From contig CM022665.1 in NCBI GenBank assembly GCA_012295275.1, forward strand, positions 9,362,001 to 9,426,000: a DNA stretch of 64,000 nt. Reading direction: 5' to 3'. Source of the DNA: Chrysomallon squamiferum (lineage: Eukaryota > Animalia > Mollusca). The translations under genes were made by a program, and so were the position numbers. Positions 48,222 through 64,000 of the stretch are shown here, in pieces. Below the pieces are notes generated by a model. The model was not told the origin of the DNA. It saw nothing but the letters and a program-made list of their open reading frames with translations, and did no database searches. Numbering within the stretch: the first letter of the stretch is position 1; each line of letters starts with the position of its first letter.

Positions 48222-49335
48222 CCCCAAAACAACTGAAATACAGTTGTTAAAACAATGCCGTACGACCCAAAAGGACAAGGGGATAACAGCCATCCCAAAT
48301 TCGGGAAAAATAGTGGAAAAAAATTTAGAACAAAGCAAAAAAGAAGAAGAAGAAGAGAAAAACAGAAAAGGGACTGTGTGAAATTTCGGGCAAATCAAGC
48401 CTGTTAACCAGACATTCCCCAAACGACCATGGTTAAAACAACACATGTGAGAAAAACAATCGTCCTAAGTTTTAATTAATGAATGACACTGAGCAACTTA
48501 CGCAAATAATTTGGATGATTAAAGAAGCCTTTGAAAGCGTACTCTAGGCTACAAGATGGTTTCTTCAGTCCTACGCAACTATTTTATTTTTCTGCGATAA
48601 TAGGATTATTGCATGAAACAACCTACATTGGAAATAATAGAATGAATTAACTTTTATCCGCTTTAGAAAAAAACCTCAACAAAAACAACTAATTAATAAT
48701 AATTTAAAAAGTAAAAAGTACATCGCACGGAAGAAGATTAACAGTTGAAAATCTTTTGATCCTCTGTTCGTAAAACAGAATGCTTGATTCAGACTTGTTT
48801 GAAAATATGTCTGGAAATGTTGTCTACTGGAACGTGCGATCTCAATAAACGATGTATGAAATGTACCGCATACACTGAAAATACCTTAAATTAATATCTT
48901 AAATTAGTAAAATTTTAAGCGGTCTCACAGTACGGTTCTGTCTCATTGTAAGAATATTTATTCTTTTTATATACATTCCTCAGCCATACGTTGTGGATTT
49001 ACAGGTAATTTAAATTTTAAAAGCTACCAATTTATTCAGGTTTTTTTTTTTTTTTTTTTTTGTTTGTTTGTTTATTTTGTTTAGTTGTTTTTTAAATTAT
49101 TATTATTTTTTTTTTTTTCGGGTAGTTTTTTTTTGTTCTTCATATCTGTAATTTTGTGTTCCTATTTTTATTCTTGTTTTTATTTGTTCGTTTTCATTTT
49201 TTTTCTTCTTCTTTTTTTTTTTTTTTTTTTGTTCGTGTTTTTATTCTAGTTCTTCTTCTTATTATTTTGAATCTGAGAATAATCAAACTATAATAAGATG
49301 TACCATTAATTTCTTTATTTTTTTATCATTTTAAA

Positions 49336-49475
49336 ATTTTATTTGTTCTGTTATTGCTCCTCCAATCATTTTGTATTTCATAAATGATTTTCCTGAGATA
49401 AGTGAAGTCTGCTGTTCAAAATGGAACCAGTCTTTCGAGTAACAATACCTATTTGTATAAAGAAGACCTAAATTT
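49336..49475. repeat. Local direct duplication, copy 2, in the presumed globin 3' UTR
   Basis: Matches 46670-46801 and starts about 80 nt after the globin stop codon. Confidence 0.85.
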
Positions 49476-49553
49476 AAAATGTTAAGGCAAATATATTAAT
49501 GCACCAGTCTTTGTAAAGGTATCTTATACACTGTCAGAGCCCGTGAAAATGTA

Positions 49554-59416
<9,863 letters not shown>

Positions 59417-60949
59417 GTTTGCGAATAGTTCAAGACGAGTTGAAAACAGTTTGCGCGTGTTTGTCTAGAATGCGATCTCTTGCGTGAACCCGTCTAACAT
59501 AAGTGATAGTTTCTTATGTCTTATCTTTTATCAGCATCTCTTCTTGCAAGATGTTCTTTGTTGCCGTATTTTGCTTGTCTCGTATTTTACAAGTGGTTAT
59601 TAAATGTAAAAATGTCTAAACAAAGATACCGATACTGAAATGCCATCGCAGAGAAACTAATATTCTTTATGCATCGACACAGCATATGAGAGAATCAACT
59701 GAAAGCTTAATTAATATAAGAATTATTGCACATAACCTGTAACTGGTCACACGAAATAAAACAATTTTCATTTTCTGTGTAATATTCGAAAACTACTAAC
59801 CAATCAGACGGTTTCGTTTAAGAGACGAGCGAATTATACACCATGAGCTAACCCTCGACAAGATGTTTGTGTTCTTTTGTTGAAGACATGCCTTTCGGTG
59901 GTGATGATCACTGTCCAATCATAATCTTACTGCTGCTCTGATTAACTCCCGCGTCTTTCTCACTGCTACCACTATCTTAGTTCCATGTTAACTCGCTCTC
60001 CAGTCTCACGCTATTTCCCGTGTGTAATCCGCGCAGTCGTCAAGTATGGAATCGATAGTCGCGTTTCAGTAGCAATAATCATTCTATCACTTGTCTAGTA
60101 ATTGTGTAATAATAAAGAATGTAGACTATATTTTATCACTGAAATAAATTTCGTAGTAGTGTCTGATCGTTTTCGCCATCTTAGTGTTACGTAACGAAAT
60201 ATCATAATGTGTTATTTATCATGATTAACGCTTTAACAAACTTTTCGATTCCGATGTCCGATTCTAATAACTGTCAAGTCGTCGGTTTGGAAGTTTCTAG
60301 GAATTCATTCTTAATGATTTTTTTCCCCTTCTGCCTGTGGGAAATGTATAAAACTTCATTGCGACAAACCGATAAACGAAGCCAAATGAGTGTTGACAGC
60401 GGGTTTCCTTTCTCAAGTTAACATTACACAAATACAAATAGTCTCTATTAATGGCCTATATGAATTAAATATGTAGAGATTTCGTTAAACACATATTCTT
60501 CATTCATCGTCATCATTACATTTATTATTACTAGCCTGCGAAATAAAAATTAAATATTAACTCCTTATTACAATACATCTCTGATTATTGACATATTATT
60601 TTTGATTAAGAAGAGGTTATGTGGCCTGTCATTCCAACGTTAATTAGCATGAACATAAAATTCTCTGTGAAAAAGGAGACAGTGTTTCTGTTGCTTCTGG
60701 GACAGTCAATTAGTATTTAGCTAATTAATAATGTTCCTATTGTTAATAATTCAGAACACAATGCGAAACTGGTTTCCATCTAAAGTTGCATAATCGAAAA
60801 TAATTAGAACTGTGTCAACAAACAAGAAGGAAATGGCTTGTTTTCTGTACAGGAAATATAATCCAAGAACTTAAAATTATATATTTTTTAATTATTTTGT
60901 TTTGTTACAGGTTAATTAGGTGATAAAAAAACGATGTCAGACTATATAT

Positions 60950-61540
60950 TTCACTACATTTCACTACATTTCACTTCAGTACACAACCTTATTATACTGC
61001 ACTGCACAACATTATGCTACACTACTCCATATTGCACTATACAACATTAGACTCACTATACACATCTACACTATACACAACATGACTAAACTAACCTGCA
61101 AAGCATTGTCCTGCACTACACAGCACTACACTACACTACACTAGACTGCACTACACTACACTACACTACACTAGACTGCACTACACTACACTACACTACA
61201 CTAGACTGCACTACACTACACTACACTACACTAGACTGCACTACACTACCCTACACTACACTGAACTACACTACCCTACACTACACTGAACTACACTACA
61301 CTACACTACACTAGACTGCACTACACTACGCTGCACTATTCTACACTACCCTACACTACACTGAACTACACTACGGTGCACTATGCTACACGTTGCGACA
61401 CTACACTGCACTACATTATACTACACTACACTACACTACACTACCCAATTCTAAGTTGCACTGAACTATATAATACTACACTAAACTATATTACATTCTA
61501 CTACACTACACTGTACTACGTTAGACCTCTCTAAACTACA
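60950..61540. repeat. (CTACA)n pentanucleotide satellite with a 30-bp higher-order unit
   Basis: Degenerate CTACA array. The unit CTAGACTGCACTACACTACACTACACTACA is repeated exactly three times from 61141, followed by a partial copy. Confidence 0.95.
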
Positions 61541-62632
61541 CAAAATTACACAACCTCCTCCTTTAAAAGACTAACTTAACACTATAATGGGCTGCATGTC
61601 CAAGACAAACGTGCTTAAATATTCTGGGTATATCAGCTCATTCACTGATTAATTGTATTATATATAATAAACTTAAAAAGTTAAATGTTTAAGAATATTG
61701 TTGGTTAAATTTTTAAAATGAAGTATGATATTTATAATGTTTGTAAAAAAAAAAAAAAAAAAAAGAAATCGTGAATAACGAAATACTGCTGCTGCTACTA
61801 CTAATTATTATTTACTTACTTAACTACTTAATATTAGTACTTCTACTACTAATGCTACTACTGCTACTGCTGCTATTAATACTTCTACTACTACTACTAC
61901 TATTACTAATAATAATAACACTGAAAAGGAAACTAATTTCAAAACAACAACAAACAAACAAAAACAAAACAACAACAAACAAAAAAAACAAACAAAAAAA
62001 ACAACAACCAAACAACAAAAACAAATAAGCAAAAAAAAAATTTCAAAACAAAACAATTAATTTATAACATTGATTTCTATCATTACGGTAAACTGAAATC
62101 GGAACATAACATTATTTCCCTGTTCTGTAGTTCATTAACCGGTATAGGGAATCATAGACTTCGTTCGCATCCTGACATTTCACACAACGTGAAATTTAAC
62201 TACAGATCAATTTACGAATAAATATCTGTTAAATTATACATTTACAAATGAAAAAAAACCTGTGCCAATTTGAAGCAGAAGACACGTCTCTTCACTTCCG
62301 GCGGATAATAACGGTCGTATTCAAATGTTAGGCGAATTTCAACAACAGGTTATTATGTTTCTTCATGATTTCGAGTCAAAAAAAAAAAAACATTTTTTTT
62401 TTATAAAACCCCTGCAAAAAACAGCTACATGAAAGAAAAACACATAAGGCGTCAAATTATATAGAAAAATAAATTTGACGAACTGCAATATCTGCCTTCA
62501 GGACACAGTGACGTAATCATATGGTACGATGATTATTTACATAGCACAGACTTCTCGAGCATTCCGGTCCTAAAGTAACGCATAAATTTAAGTGATCTGA
62601 ATCTGCAGTTATTATTTATGTTATGTTTATTA

Positions 62633-62676
<44 letters not shown>

Positions 62677-63121
62677 TATTTATATATATATATATATATA
62701 TTTATTATATTTTTATTTTTTGAAATCTCTAAAGTTCCAAAGTACTGGAGCATTGTGATATAGTCCGATGGTTAGAGTGTATCATTTTTTTTTTTATGGT
62801 GAATTTTTATCAGTGCGCTACTTCGGCTTGAAAATAATTAAGGTGAATGTGTTTCTGGAACTGTACTGCTTAAGGGTAGGTTCAGGTAAATGATCCATAG
62901 ATGCTAAACGGCAGCGGTTTCCACATTATGCTATTGTAATAATAACAATAATGATGACAATGATGACGACAACAACAATAATAATAATGATGATTGTAAT
63001 AGTGATAATAGTAATGATGATGATGGTGGTGGTGGTGATGATGATGATGGTACTTTTGAAAAATAACTGAATACATTGGCCATGAAAAATATAAAAAGGA
63101 ATATATGAGATAAATAAATAA

Positions 63122-63181
<60 letters not shown>

Positions 63182-64000
63182 AAGAAGAAGAAGAAGAATA
63201 TTAAGAATTTTTTTATTATTTATTTATTAATTAATTAATTTATTATTTATTTGTTTGTTTTTTCGTTTGTTTGTTTGTTTGTTGATGTTTTCCTGTTATT
63301 TTATTTTATTTCATTTTGTATAAATATCCAAGAAAAGATGAAACACTTAATTTCCAAAAATTTCGTTACCTGCCTCGTTTTCTTTACATGACTCTTTCGT
63401 TACCTTTGGCCTGCTACCGATTAAGGCGTGTGTTATGTATGATCGAGATCACTGCATGAATGATGTGATTAGCGTCAATGAAAATAATAAAAACAATGAA
63501 GTAAAAAGACAAAAATGAGTCGATTCAGCTGTGTGAATAGAGGAGAGACACTGAAAGCTAACTGAGGTAAATAACCGCGTTGCTAATGAGTACGTTTCTT
63601 ATACCGTCTGTGTATAGCATATTAATGTGTTTACAATGTGAAATTATTGTATTTTATGGTTCTCGTAGTTCATTTCATACTGATAAAAGCTGCAATTATT
63701 TACGTCTTGTCAACATGTTAATATAAGCTAATTTCAGGCAACAATTACATTTGTTTCGTAGATGTTGTCTCTGTAATCTCACATCCTAAGCGAATAACGT
63801 GTGTTTAGTATATACATTTATTAAGGTTTCATTTTCACGTAAGGATAAATCTTCAATATATTCTTCTATGTACGTATGTATGAATCTATGTATGTATGTA
63901 TGTGTGCACTTTGTTCGATGTTCAATAGAAAGGGGAAATACATACTGAAAAAAACAAAACAATTTAGTGATCAGAAATCCCAGTGTTCGAAATTAAATTG

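Noticed and set aside
48240-48460. GC-richer segment flanked by A-rich tracts, possibly a retroposed repeat
   Set aside because: No Pol III boxes, target-site duplication or second copy could be identified in the window.

Overview
AT-rich, microsatellite-laden, intron-containing animal DNA. The gene content and intron style suggest an invertebrate, possibly a mollusc or other lophotrochozoan (inference). Five conventional spliced genes could be rebuilt by hand with consistent GT-AG junctions and reading phases: a CLIC chloride intracellular channel (+, 1088-4525), a profilin-4-like gene (-, 7864-9884), a FAM228-family gene (+, 20997-26841), an SLC16/monocarboxylate-transporter-like gene (-, 31242-40549) and an N-terminally acylated (MGC) globin (-, 49554-59416). 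The most unusual element is invisible in the ORF track. Between 12.9 and 18.1 kb on the minus strand is an array of 13 tiny phase-0 exons: eleven of exactly 36 nt, one of 27 or 51 nt and one of 54 nt. Each has strong splice sites and no stop codon. They arose by tandem duplication of exon+intron units, and in the youngest pair the exons have diverged more than the flanking introns. The array lies between the promoter region shared with FAM228 and the profilin-4 exons, and it is in frame with profilin. It is either a modular N-terminal extension of profilin-4 or an independent micro-exon gene. I could not identify its start codon with confidence.
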